Position numbers and translations under genes: made by a program. From Jimgerdemannia flammicorona (taxonomy: Eukaryota), in assembly GCA_003990765.1 (NCBI GenBank), contig RBNJ01000190.1:1-37411 (forward strand): a stretch of 37,411 bases of DNA. Direction: 5' to 3'. The notes below the pieces were generated by a model that saw only the letters and a program-made list of their open reading frames with translations, was not told where the DNA came from and ran no database searches. Each line of letters starts with the position of its first letter. Within the stretch, counting starts at the first letter, position 1. This document shows positions 11,053 to 22,200 of the stretch, in pieces.

Positions 11053-12235
11053 TATAATATGCCCTGGCTCAATAGAGATAAATTACAAGGTTGGGAATTG
11101 GTGTAGTTTACTTAAGCCCTTAGTTACTTTGTCAAAAAGCAATAAAATATTCTATAATTTCTGAGATCTTTGGTATTTAGTAGTATAATAGTCAAATCTG
11201 GATATCTGTGAGCAATTCTGGCAATTTTCTTATTGGGATGAATTCTTGAATATAAGCAGAAATTTGTATATATAGTACAAGTAACTTTCTTATATGGGAT
11301 AGTCTGATAATTTAGTAGTTTTCTTCTTGAGTAATGGTGATCTCTATATAGTATAATAATCTCAACAGTATTCTTGAATAAATAGTGGTAGACTGGAAAA
11401 TAATTTGATTTAATAGATAACTTAATTTGGTAGATAACTCAGTTTGATAAACAATTTGAATAACTTAAATAATTCAGTTTGGTAGCTAACTTAGTTTAGT
11501 GGACAATTCAGATAACTCAGATAATTCAGTTTGATAGATAACTTGATAACTTGGACAACTTAGATAGTGGGAATTCTTGATAAGTTATATCAAAGACTGA
11601 TTTCATTTGTATAGAGTTATGTATATTGAATAGACTAGCACTACTATAAAGTTATATTAGAAGACTGACTTTGTAATAAGAGGTAGACTTCTTTGAATTC
11701 TTTAGGCTTATCTAATAAGTGAATCAAAATATAGTAGCTTATTTCTTAAGCAGCAGGTTTCTCAAATGGCAGTGAAGTTCTTTACTTAAACTTTTGGTAG
11801 ATTTTTCAGATTCTTCAGACTTATCTGACAAGCATACCAATTAATATTTATATTGGAAAGTAGACTAGAGTGGAAAAAAGAGAATCAATGCTCACAATCT
11901 TTAGTGACTTCTTTGGTTTATACTTCAACTTTTTGAACTGAGGTTTATTCACTCTTGTCTCTGAGATATTTTATACAGTTATGGTTACTATCTGATTGCT
12001 ATGTGGCTAATTATAGATGACTATCTATAGTAAGTATTCCTGGACCAGTATGATGTTCTTGGACAGATATGGTGTTTCTGGACTGGTATGGTATACTGGT
12101 TCAGAAACAGGTAAACATACTATTTCTGGTATTTCTACAGGTTGACGCAGTAGAGCAGTCTTGGTTGTCTAGTGCACTAGATATGGTATGTGGCTAATTT
12201 ATAATTTCGGCGGTACAGTTCCACTGCTCGTCACA
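11053..12235 (-). repeat. 5' LTR of the Gypsy element (1183 bp)
   Basis: Direct repeat of 1965-3516; right end CGTCACA intact; adjacent PBS. Confidence 0.92.
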
Positions 12236-12475
12236 ATATAAATAAACAGTCACCTGATTTTATGGCCCGACGCAATACCGTCATCTAGTCAGTTTCGACG
12301 CTGGAACTCGGATTTTTTTTTACAACGTTTAACCCACTAATGTATTTGTTTATTGCAACATACAACATTGCTTCGAGCCTAACTAATCCCGTTATTACTT
12401 AACTAGGCTATTTATACACACCGTTGAAAATCACAACTATAGCGCAGATATTATGTAAACTAACAATGGTCAGAT

Positions 12476-13256
12476 TTAAATCCAACCGAAAGTGCAAATG
12501 CCCAAGGCGCCAAGAGCCAACACCAACACTTCTAAACGCGCCATGGAAGTGGCAGTGGCGGCGGCGGCGGAAGTGGGTTTGGCCTGCTGATCGGTCGATG
12601 AAGCCGAGATGCTAGGCGTTTTGAGGCTGGTTGAGGGTGCGGTTGTATTGGGGCTGGCGTCGGCGATGGAGATAGGAATCGTGTTGACGACAAAGGATTG
12701 CACGAAGGTGCCTTCGGCGACTTCGACCGAGTTGAATTCGAGCTACGAGGGGTGGAGACGGTAGCAAGTCAGTGTGAGATAGACATGGCATTCGCAATTG
12801 CAGTCGATCACACACGCACGCACCTGATAGGAGCCGGTGCTGAGGGAGGCTGGTACAGACCAGATAATTTCCCAGAAGGGTTGGCCGCGGGTGCCGTTTC
12901 GGGAGCCAGAGGCGGTCAGATCCGCAGAATTGGTGATGGTGAGATTAACTTTGTTTGGTTGGTTCGACGGTTGGACGAGGAAGATGGAGAGATTGGCCAC
13001 TAAAAAAAAGTGCCGTTAAGATCGTGCTATTGCAAATTAAGAAATGTCAAATTGTGTTCCGACAAGAAATGAACATACCAAAAGTGTTGAGCGTGGGAAG
13101 GAGTTCGTAAACGATCGACACGTTGCTACCGATGGGGTAGGTGGAGTTGGGGAGAGGTGAAGCCACATCGTAATTCGAGTCTTGGAAACTGAAGACGGCC
13201 GGAACAGCAAGGGTCAGGATGAGCATGGAAATGACGACGTTGTTGATAGGCTTCAT
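12476..13256 (-). CDS. Secreted Ser/Thr-rich, probably GPI-anchored cell-surface protein, 206 aa; exons 13256-13079, 12999-12824, 12742-12476
   Basis: Signal peptide MKPINNVVISMLILTLAVPAVFS; VASPLPNSTYPIGSNVSIVY...WSVPASLSTGSYQL resembles the Ser-Thr-rich GPI/Kre9-KNH N-terminal domain; S/T/A-rich stalk; hydrophobic C-terminus. Two GT-AG introns (79 and 81 nt) join in frame (621 nt). Confidence 0.85.
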
Positions 13257-13680
13257 TATGATTGTTGAATTTGCGGTGTTGGTGGAGTGGGCTGTGAGTT
13301 GTTGAGGGGAAAAAGTGAGGTAATGAGGGTTATTATATCCGACGAAAAAAAAAAAGAAAGGGTGCAGATGCGATAGGGGCAACAATCGTTTATCACAACA
13401 CGAGCAGTACGATCCGAAACTGATGGCGCCCCTTTTCGGCAACTTGTGTCTTGCGATGTAAAGGTAACCGCAATTGACACACGCCAATCAATTGCAACAA
13501 ACCTATATCATTATCCACTGCATTGAGCCGTTGGAAGTATGCTACAAAGGGGCCGCACGACGTCTCAAATGTCATCACAATTAAGTTATTACCGTACATG
13601 CGCATGAGCAATGACGAATAATCTCTTCCAATCATAGAACCAATTCCATATTCAATAATAGCAACCAAGGAACACCCGTC

Positions 13681-15761
13681 ATGAGCCATATACTCAGAAA
13701 GAAACGAGGCTACCCCGACAAGCCCAACGCCGACGTCGTTACCAAGGCCGCGCGCGCGATCGATCTCCTAGCCCCGAATAGGAGCAGTTACGACTCGTTT
13801 ATGGAGGCTATAGGTTTTTATCTCATCCAAGAATGAAGGATGGTGACGTTTTTAAAAGTTCTGTGAGGACATGAGTTAATCGAAAGGCCCCGTCCCGTGT
13901 ACAGGAGACGCAAAGGTGGTGCTGATCGGCGAGGCCAGCCACGGCACAGAGGAGTTCTACTGCGAGCGCGCTATGATCACCAAGCGGCTCATTGAGGAAA
14001 AGGGATTCACGTAAGTTAAACTGCAACTGTACAACATTCCTTCTCCAGAACGTCTTCAATATGACTACCATTATCCTCACGTATTTAACCCATGTCCACA
14101 TTCAACCTTTAGCATCGTGGCTTGCGAAGCCGACTGGCCCTCAACCTGGCGCATCAACCAGTATGTAAAAAACACGAGAGAGTCAAAATATCGAGCGCAC
14201 GCGACGCACTTGGGGAATTCGAGCGATTCCCGCGGTGGATGTGGCGCAACCACCAAGTGATGAACTTTGTCGAGTGGATGCGACAGCATAACGATGGAAT
14301 CGAATGTGATGCCAGGCAAAAAGGGAGTCAGTTTGCTCATCATGATAAAGTGGGTTCTTGGCACCGTTTTTGTAAACGAGGTGATAATGTGTGAGCTTGT
14401 GCTGATTCTATTGATTGATTTTAGGCTGGAATGTACGGGGATCTGTATTCGCTATTCGGTCGATGAATGCCGTCATAGAGTATTTGGAGAGCGTCGTATT
14501 CCCACCTCTTATTTTATATAGTGCCATCACACTCACTGTACTGCATATCTATAACGACCATAACATCAACAGCAACCTTCCATCATTCAGATATGCCTGC
14601 TTCGACCACTGCGATAAAGACGCGCAAACTTACGCCTTCAGCACTCGCTTCTTCCTGGCGTCCTCCTGCGAGAAGCAAGCCTTGAGCGTCTTAGCCCGAC
14701 TGGTCCAGGGGGGGCCCAACGAAGTCGTCGCCGCGGAAATGAATGCGATGGTAGTGCGCGACGCCGAGAAGTATTATCGGACGATGATTGGCGGGGGCGC
14801 ACAAAGCTGGAACCAGCGTGATACGCATATGCTAAAGATGTTAGAGAAAATTGTGAAGTATGAGGAGAAGGCCACGGGGAAGGAAGCAAGGGCTGTGGTC
14901 TGGGTTAGTTTTCCGTGTCCTCTCTCGCGTGCACTCTCATTTATCTTTCCTTAATAACGTATCTATACATAATTGCACACGCAGCCCCATAATAGCCACG
15001 TCGGTGACGCGCGCGCGACCGACCAAGGAACTGACAGGCATGAAGTGACAATCGGACAGCTGGCACGCGAGAAGTGGTGGCGAGCGGGTGTTCAACATTG
15101 GATTCACCACTCATACAGGGATTGGTAAGGGGAGTATCTGATAATCTCGAATTGTATTTTACAGCTTCGGGGAAGAAGCGATTGATTGCCTTTTATTGGT
15201 TATACTTGACACAGTTACGGCTTCGTCGGATTGGGACGCTCCCATGGAGAAAATACAAGGTGTGGAGAAGTATAATTATAAAACGTGTCGGCTGTTTATG
15301 AGCACATGATCGTCAATCGCCCCTCTCCCCGTTCCACTAGTCAATCTCTCCCAACCGCAGAGCTACGAGCGCCTCTTTCACTCCATCTCCCAGTCCAGCA
15401 CCCACCGAGCTTTCTATCTGCTCCTCAATTATATCAGCAATGGATGCAAGCACATTGTGGATCCAGACCTCACACGGGAGCTAGGCAAGGTGCAGCTGGA
15501 GCGCGCGATTGGTGTGATTTACCGTCCGGAGACGGAGCTGATGTCGCACTACTTCGAGGCTCGTATGGAAGGGCAGTTCGATGCGGTCGTGCATGTGGAT
15601 AAGTCAAATGCTCTCAGAAGTTTGAATGACGAGGCGGGAACGGCGGAGAAGGAGGTAAGTGGGGTTGAAGATGGGCGTTTGCCGGGTTGCAAGGTTTTCG
15701 ACATATTTCTAACTTTACGACTCCTCATTTTAAGTCACCCGAGACGTACCCCTTCGAGTGA
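13681..15761 (+). pseudogene. Erythromycin esterase (EreA/EreB-like) family gene, ~9 exons, disrupted as assembled; exons ~13681-13813, 13905-14010, 14113-14349, 14425-14495, 14591-14903, 14985-15124, 15215-15259, 15341-15654, 15735-15761
   Basis: Family motifs [112 protein letters not shown] introns. Frameshifts at ~14170, ~14457 and ~15076, plus a missing exon end at ~14496. Confidence 0.85.
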
Positions 15762-15888
15762 TTGTCTGATTAATTAATTGGTGTCAATCGTCTTTGCTCG
15801 TTTCTATGCATCTATATTAGCTTCATTAGGGATACGTTTTGGATAAATGGGTGATCATTGTAGTCCGTAGCTTACTCCCCTCGGAATA

Positions 15889-15892
<4 letters not shown>

Positions 15893-15937
<45 letters not shown>
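15893..15937. repeat. T26 followed directly by A19 (self-complementary homopolymer)
   Basis: Read directly; lies ~130 bp downstream of the esterase stop. Confidence 0.9.
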
Positions 15938-17585
15938 TTAAGTGGTAAGAACGTATTGAATGAAATTCAGCCACTACGGTCTTCCAATCAAGGTTACATA
16001 CAGTAGTTAACAACGGAATACATATCAACAAAATGAGTAAAGTCGGATTTGGTTTCCGGACAGACTACTCGGCTCTTGCCGCAAAAGCGCTGTATTTTCG
16101 TGGCCTTATGGCCAAAACATCGACAACCAACATATTTAAGAATTCTCGCGATTTAATTTGGAGTGGCGTTTTTAGTTTTCCGACAATGTACATTCAAAAC
16201 GCCAACGCAACAGGTTACACGGTATTTTGTCGCTGTCAACTATTCTGGACTTTGAAATGCCCCGAGACAAAAAAAATGGTCAAATGCTTCATTCAAACGG
16301 CCAACTTGACCATAGAGCATGCCGTCAAACGATGACCAATTTCGGTAGACCCCGCATGAGCCGCGGATAATCAGATCATGATAGCGTCGGTTGCGGTCGA
16401 CGATCATGCCACAATCCGCATTGGGTTCACTTAGAATGGACATCGGCCAGCGTTGAAGTTTACACGATGGTTGACATGATGATGCCCAACGTGCATAATC
16501 TGAAACCTGATCCCGAAAGTTATCCATCCCGTTGTTAGGGTATCGGCTCTCCTTGGCCTCGAGTCACTTATGCACCTGGCCAAACGACGGTAGTTCGTGT
16601 CATGGGCTGGCAGGTTAGGGTGCTGATCACTGTCACGTGACTTTCCCAAAATGGAACAAGGGCGCTCTTTCCTCAATAAAGACCAGTAGAAGGCGATAAA
16701 GTTTCCTCGATAGGTTCTAGGGAATCTTCAGTATACTTATTGTATATTCTGTCGATTTTCCACCATATTCCACCCAAGTGTCGTGTTGCTCGGATTACTC
16801 TATATTTGTTCCTACGTATAGTTACCCCTGCTGCTTAACCCATGTCTTTATGACAGTGCCATACTTTATTCTACGACAGCGACATAACCACATCGCTATA
16901 TTAGCCAAATGTATCTTAGCTCCATTTCTTACGTATCCGCCGGTATAAAAATAATTAACTCGGTAATTCTGTGAAATCTGCAAGCTCGATACGAATGATC
17001 GGGAGACCGATCCGGAGACAGGTTTCAAGTGATCAGACCTTCGATCTCGATTTGTGTGTATACGGCGGCTAAAGACAATCCCGGGGTTTGACCGTATTGC
17101 ACGCATTGTTTCTAACCAAACATGGCATGTAATATATATTTTTTATTTATTATTCTTTGCAAAACGAGTGATGGTACAAGATTATTAATTTGGCTGGTTA
17201 GTTAGTGGTTCTTTGAGAATGTTAAATAGCGGAGAAATAAATAAGATTCGCGTTGAGACGGTTCCGTGGCTAGGGCGTGGGTGCGGGTCAAATATGGACC
17301 GATCAGCGCACGAAGCTATAAAGCGGTATGCACGTAGTAATTAATTCCCATGGGGCTAAAGGCGTCCCGGCACCGAAATTGCGCGATAAACAGGTTTTTT
17401 GTTTTTTGTAGATCTCACACCAAGCAAGCTTCTTGCAGAGAAATTCTCTCTCGTACCGTCATCCTGCAGGTGGTTTCAATAGGGCCAGATCGGAGGAGGA
17501 GAAATAATGATAATCATGCAAAGTTGATAACTTTAGCACATATTTATAATATCACCAGCTTTCATTAATGATCTAATAATTAGGA

Positions 17586-17587
<2 letters not shown>

Positions 17588-17620
<33 letters not shown>
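17588..17620. repeat. T7-A26 tract at the gene-island / TE-block boundary
   Basis: Read directly; CpG-rich sequence lies to the left, CpG-free AT-rich sequence to the right. Confidence 0.9.
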
Positions 17621-17621
<1 letters not shown>

Positions 17622-19244
17622 TAAACTTATTAATATTATCAAGTTTTAAAATATTGAAATAGCTAAAATTAATTAGTATTAATGCATTAACCAATTTATT
17701 AAATTAATATTATATACAATAAATAGTTATAATTAAATTAAAAGAGTTATATTATTATTATTATTAAAATACTAGAAAAATACTATTTTATATTACAATA
17801 TTTCAAATAATAAAACCATTTATCTAATTTATACTAATTTAAATTTTAGAAAAATATATATTATAAGATATATTAGATTAAAATTTATCAATATATATAA
17901 AATAAATTTTAAATATTATATATATATCTTTATCTATTGTTAAATTTAGCTATACATAATAATAATAAAGAATTTCTTCTTCTTAATATATATATATAGT
18001 TTATATTTTTCATTAAATATAGTATTAATTTGAGAGTTGTAATAATACTTATTTTTATCCTTCTCTTATTCTTAGATAATTTGAAAAATAAGATATTACT
18101 TAGAGACTTAATATAAGTATATATTAAGAACCCTTTTAATTATTCATTTTACTTAGTGATATTTACTAAGATTTTTAAGAAGATACTGTTTCTTTGTAGT
18201 AGATAATAATAGTATTACTCTTCTTTAATAATCATAGTTATAAGAGGCTTGTTTATACTATATACAGACTAAATATCTTATGATTCAAGTTTAAAGAGAT
18301 TGGTTTCCTTTATAGATTTATATACCAGTTCTCAGTTTTGGTAGAAGTTAGCTAGACTTCTGAAGTTTAGTCAGAATTCTCTAGAGAGTACCCAATAGTC
18401 TCTTTATTAGTACTTTTTTTTTTCTCACTCTATAGATCTCTCTATCTATTCTTTAAAGAATCCAAGATCAGTTACATTCTATTTACTAGAGTACTCTCTT
18501 CATCAAGTACTCCATTCTACTACTGCCTCACCCTCTTTGTCTAAAGAAGTCTAGTCAAATATCTAGTAGACCTCTTGCTCTCCAAGTCTCTATAATTATA
18601 GCTAAGCTATTATACCCTATACTCAAGTCTCCTCCTCCTCTCTCAATATCTTCTTTAACTCCTCCATCTCTATCTGAACTTATTCCAGCCTCCAATCTTT
18701 CACATTCTTCTATTCCAATATCTCTGTCCACTCTAACTATAATCTCTCTATTCTACTGAAGGCCCATCTTATCTACTGTCTCTACTGAGTCCCTTTAAAC
18801 TTATCAGTCTCACTCTAGTATACTCTGATAGCCTCTTTCAACTTCACCTCAATAGACTTCTACCAGTGACACTTTGCTTATCTAGTAAATAATCTTTATC
18901 TTAATATCTATCACCTAAGCATTCTATAACTCTTTTTTCTTTAATAAGAAGAAATTGAGATATTAATATCTAGATCTATCTCCATTCTCTCTAAACTGGT
19001 CATACTCTAATAGCTCCCAATAATCAGACTATAGATACTACTCTATCTCTAAAGCTAGTCAGATATTTATCTTCCAATAGTCTATAGTCAGTATCTAGTC
19101 AATTCTTATTTCAAGTCTATTTACTCAATAAATATAAATCCTTTTATTATCTTATTCTATTCTGCTAGTATCTACTAAAGAACTTAGATACTCTACTTTC
19201 TCCCAAATATCCAGACTACTACTATGGTTCTCAGTACTATACTC

Positions 19245-22200
19245 TTTTTTTTTTTTTTTTTTTTTTTTATAGTTATTTGGACTTTTATATTTATTACCAA
19301 ACCAATCTATATTTATACAATACAAATAGCAAAGCTCTACTCCCTACCCAACCCCTCTACAGAGCTCTCTCCTAACTCCTTCTCTATATAAGTTAACTAT
19401 CTCTCTAATTATACAAATCCTCTCTCCACTCTTTGTACAAATCTGCTCTATTAGCCTATAGTATAGACCCCCTCTGGGGCTCTACTTAGTCCACCACCCA
19501 TTTAACAATTCTACTAATAATTATGCCCACCTTACTACTCTCACTCCTAGTGATAGTCTCTGACTATTAGTGCTCTCAAATAAATTGAATTGAGGGTCAT
19601 TCAAATCGAATTGAATTGGGGATTTTTCAATTCAAATGAAGTTCAAATTGAATTAAATTTGAATTGAATTGAGGGTCTGATTTGAACCTTATTTTTCAAA
19701 ATATAATAGCATGATGAAAACATATCCAAATTTAATAATCTTTAGCTTATTAGATTTCTCTTATATAGGGGAATCTAATAAGCTAAAGATTGCTAAATTT
19801 GGACATGTTTTAATCAAGTTATTACATTTTGAAAAATAGTGTTCAAATTGAATTTCAAATTGAATTGGATCTTTAATTCAATTTGTTGAGAGCACTACTG
19901 GCTATTCTTAAAGATAAACAGCCAATTTTCAGAAAGACCAATCTAAACTATGAGAGTCCACTCTACAGAAAGTTACTTATTACTAACTCTCTCTATCAGT
20001 CATAACTAGAGAGTACTCCACTGCCCCCCACCCATCTCTTCTAAAGGCTGTACCCCCAACTGGTTGACCAAAAATCTAACAGCATCTCATACTCCTTTAG
20101 CCAATGTTCTAGGATCTATATTACTCTACTCTCTTATTTAATATTGAAGTACTTCTCACATTTGAATGATCTCCCTTCTACCAAATATTTTAACTGAAAG
20201 TTCAGTATTATATTCTATTGCTGAAGTTACTACTACAATACTCAGAACTTAGAAGGAAGTTACCTTGACACTTTCTCTTCCTATAAATAGATATCTGCTC
20301 AGTTCTAAGCTTTATCTATGCCTACTCCTTGCCAACTCTCAGACCACAGGTCTCTACCCTGCCCTTACTGATACTCTATATCATCTTTAAGCTAAAAGTC
20401 AACCATCAGAGAGTCTCTCAACAGAAGACAATTCTATCTCCATATCTCTAATCTCAGACTACTTCTCTCTTATTACTATACTAGTGGATTTCAATCTAAT
20501 AGATCTCATCTATCACTCTTCACTAGAAGTTCTTATACTGTATTCAATAACTTCTCTTCAGTATTACTAAGGATAGTAAGTTGCCAGAGGTTCTCCTGAG
20601 GGAGAATTATGCCTCCTATATCTTCTATATAAGAGGTACTCAACTCTAGCCCCTCAACTTACTGGTCTGCTTCAATTACTATACTTTCAAACAATATAGA
20701 TACTTTGTAAAGTCAATAAGATCAAGTTCTCTCTAACTTACTAATAGTATTAATATATCTCAATCTATCTGACTATACTGCTCAGCCCAAATTTAAGATC
20801 TAGCTATCTTCAGAAGTCTCTTCACCGCTTATGCAAAGAAGTTCAGATAATATTCCAGATACTATAGCTTAGGCAACTAGTATATATTCAGTACTTACTA
20901 ATGAGATATGGTAGTCTCTTCAGCCCAGAAGAGTATTTCTCCACTCTATTAGCTTCTACTCCCACTATATCCTAGATAATAATAAGCTATATATTAAGAA
21001 GTAAATCTCCAGATATTAGACCACCTCTTTCACTAAAACAATTGTTCCAATCATATCTCCTCTCACTATTCCACCACTAAGCACTAAGGTCTCCCATTTT
21101 TACTAGTTGAGTTTGCTCCTCACACTACTCCACTACTTCATTCAATATAGCTACATTCTCTATAGAGCTCAGTCCAACTACCATATTATTTGCAAAGACT
21201 CCTAACTTCTAATTCACCCTTAGTACTATTAATCCCCCTACTCTGTATCTTGTAAGAGTTTTAAAGAGAGGGTATAGAGGATAGATAATAGTGAATCACT
21301 CTGCAGTACCCCTCTATCTAAAGAAAAAGATACCCCCTGATGTCTATTAACTAAGATAGCTGCCCTGCTTCCCTCCAACAGACTAACTAAGAACTATTAA
21401 AAGTCTGGAGAAATGCTGATATATTTCAGTACTCTATCTAACCACACTCTCTACACTCAGTCATATATCTTTTTCTGATTGAGAAAAACCAACTGTCTAT
21501 CTACCTATACTGCTCTGGCCCCTTTGATAATACTATGGACTCAGGCTGTCTCATCTCAAATCAAATAGCCCCTGATGAAGCCCCACTGTTCCTCACTCAG
21601 CACTCTCTGGGCTAGTTGTATAACAATGACCTTTATGATCAGCTTTTGATTTATATCTAGTAGTATGATCAGTTATCAGTTCTTCTACTCCTCTCTTCTC
21701 TCTTTGTCATTAAACAGCAGAGTCACCAGTTCCAGGCATTAGCCTTCTAGCCATACTCCAGAATTAATAATCTTATTATATATTAGCTATAGCTTCTCTA
21801 GGACTACCTTCACCTCTGTCATTCATTTCCAGAAGTCTCAGAGTAGTCTATCCTCTCCAGGAACTATCCTGAGACTAGCCCCCACTAAGGTCTTGAGAAT
21901 CTCCTCTCTCTGAACTAAGTCTCCTAACTCTACCAGTCTCTCTACTAGGGCTGAGTACTAGTTCTCCAGATAGTACTCAATTATCTATATATCCTCACCT
22001 CTCTCTTCCTCACTCCATAGTGATTCCCACCTTCTACTCAGCTAATCCAAAATATCTTAGATCCTTATTACTATCTCTTCTATCTCATTCAATACTCTAT
22101 TTCAGTACTAATATACTCTTCTTGTCCAAAGAAGCCTTGACAGAAACTTTTTCAGTCTCTTTCCTTTCTCCAGACCCTGCTACTATAGTCTGGCTATCAT

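Larger units (their letters stand above)
1965..12235 (-). mobile_element. Full-length, hypermutated Ty3/Gypsy LTR retrotransposon with dUTPase and extra 3' ORF
   Basis: Two direct LTRs; ends TATAATG (mutated TGTGACG) and CGTCACA; 4-bp TSD ATAT (1961-1964 / 12236-12239); PBS at 11033-11050. Internal minus-strand motifs occur in Gypsy order (PR, RT, RNaseH, IN) with many stops. Confidence 0.93.

Noticed and set aside
12424..13689. Overlapping short ORFs (12424+, 12612-, 12698+, 12837+, 13256-, 13393-)
   Set aside because: Explained by the spliced minus-strand gene and its promoter; no independent motifs.
14167..14173. A_AAA_AAC is a canonical -1 slippery heptamer, and a -1 shift would restore the esterase frame
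   Set aside because: No stimulatory structure at the usual 5-9 nt spacing (the GGGAAT/ATTCCC hairpin is ~40 nt away), and the gene has several other independent indels; a homopolymer deletion is simpler.
14161..14180. 20-nt GTATGT...AG micro-intron that would also fix the frame
   Set aside because: Far shorter than the ~75-100 nt introns seen here, has no branch point, and would remove the YV residues expected in this family.
16033..17106. ORFs of 81-100 aa on both strands
   Set aside because: No recognisable domain, and I could not build a consistent spliced model.
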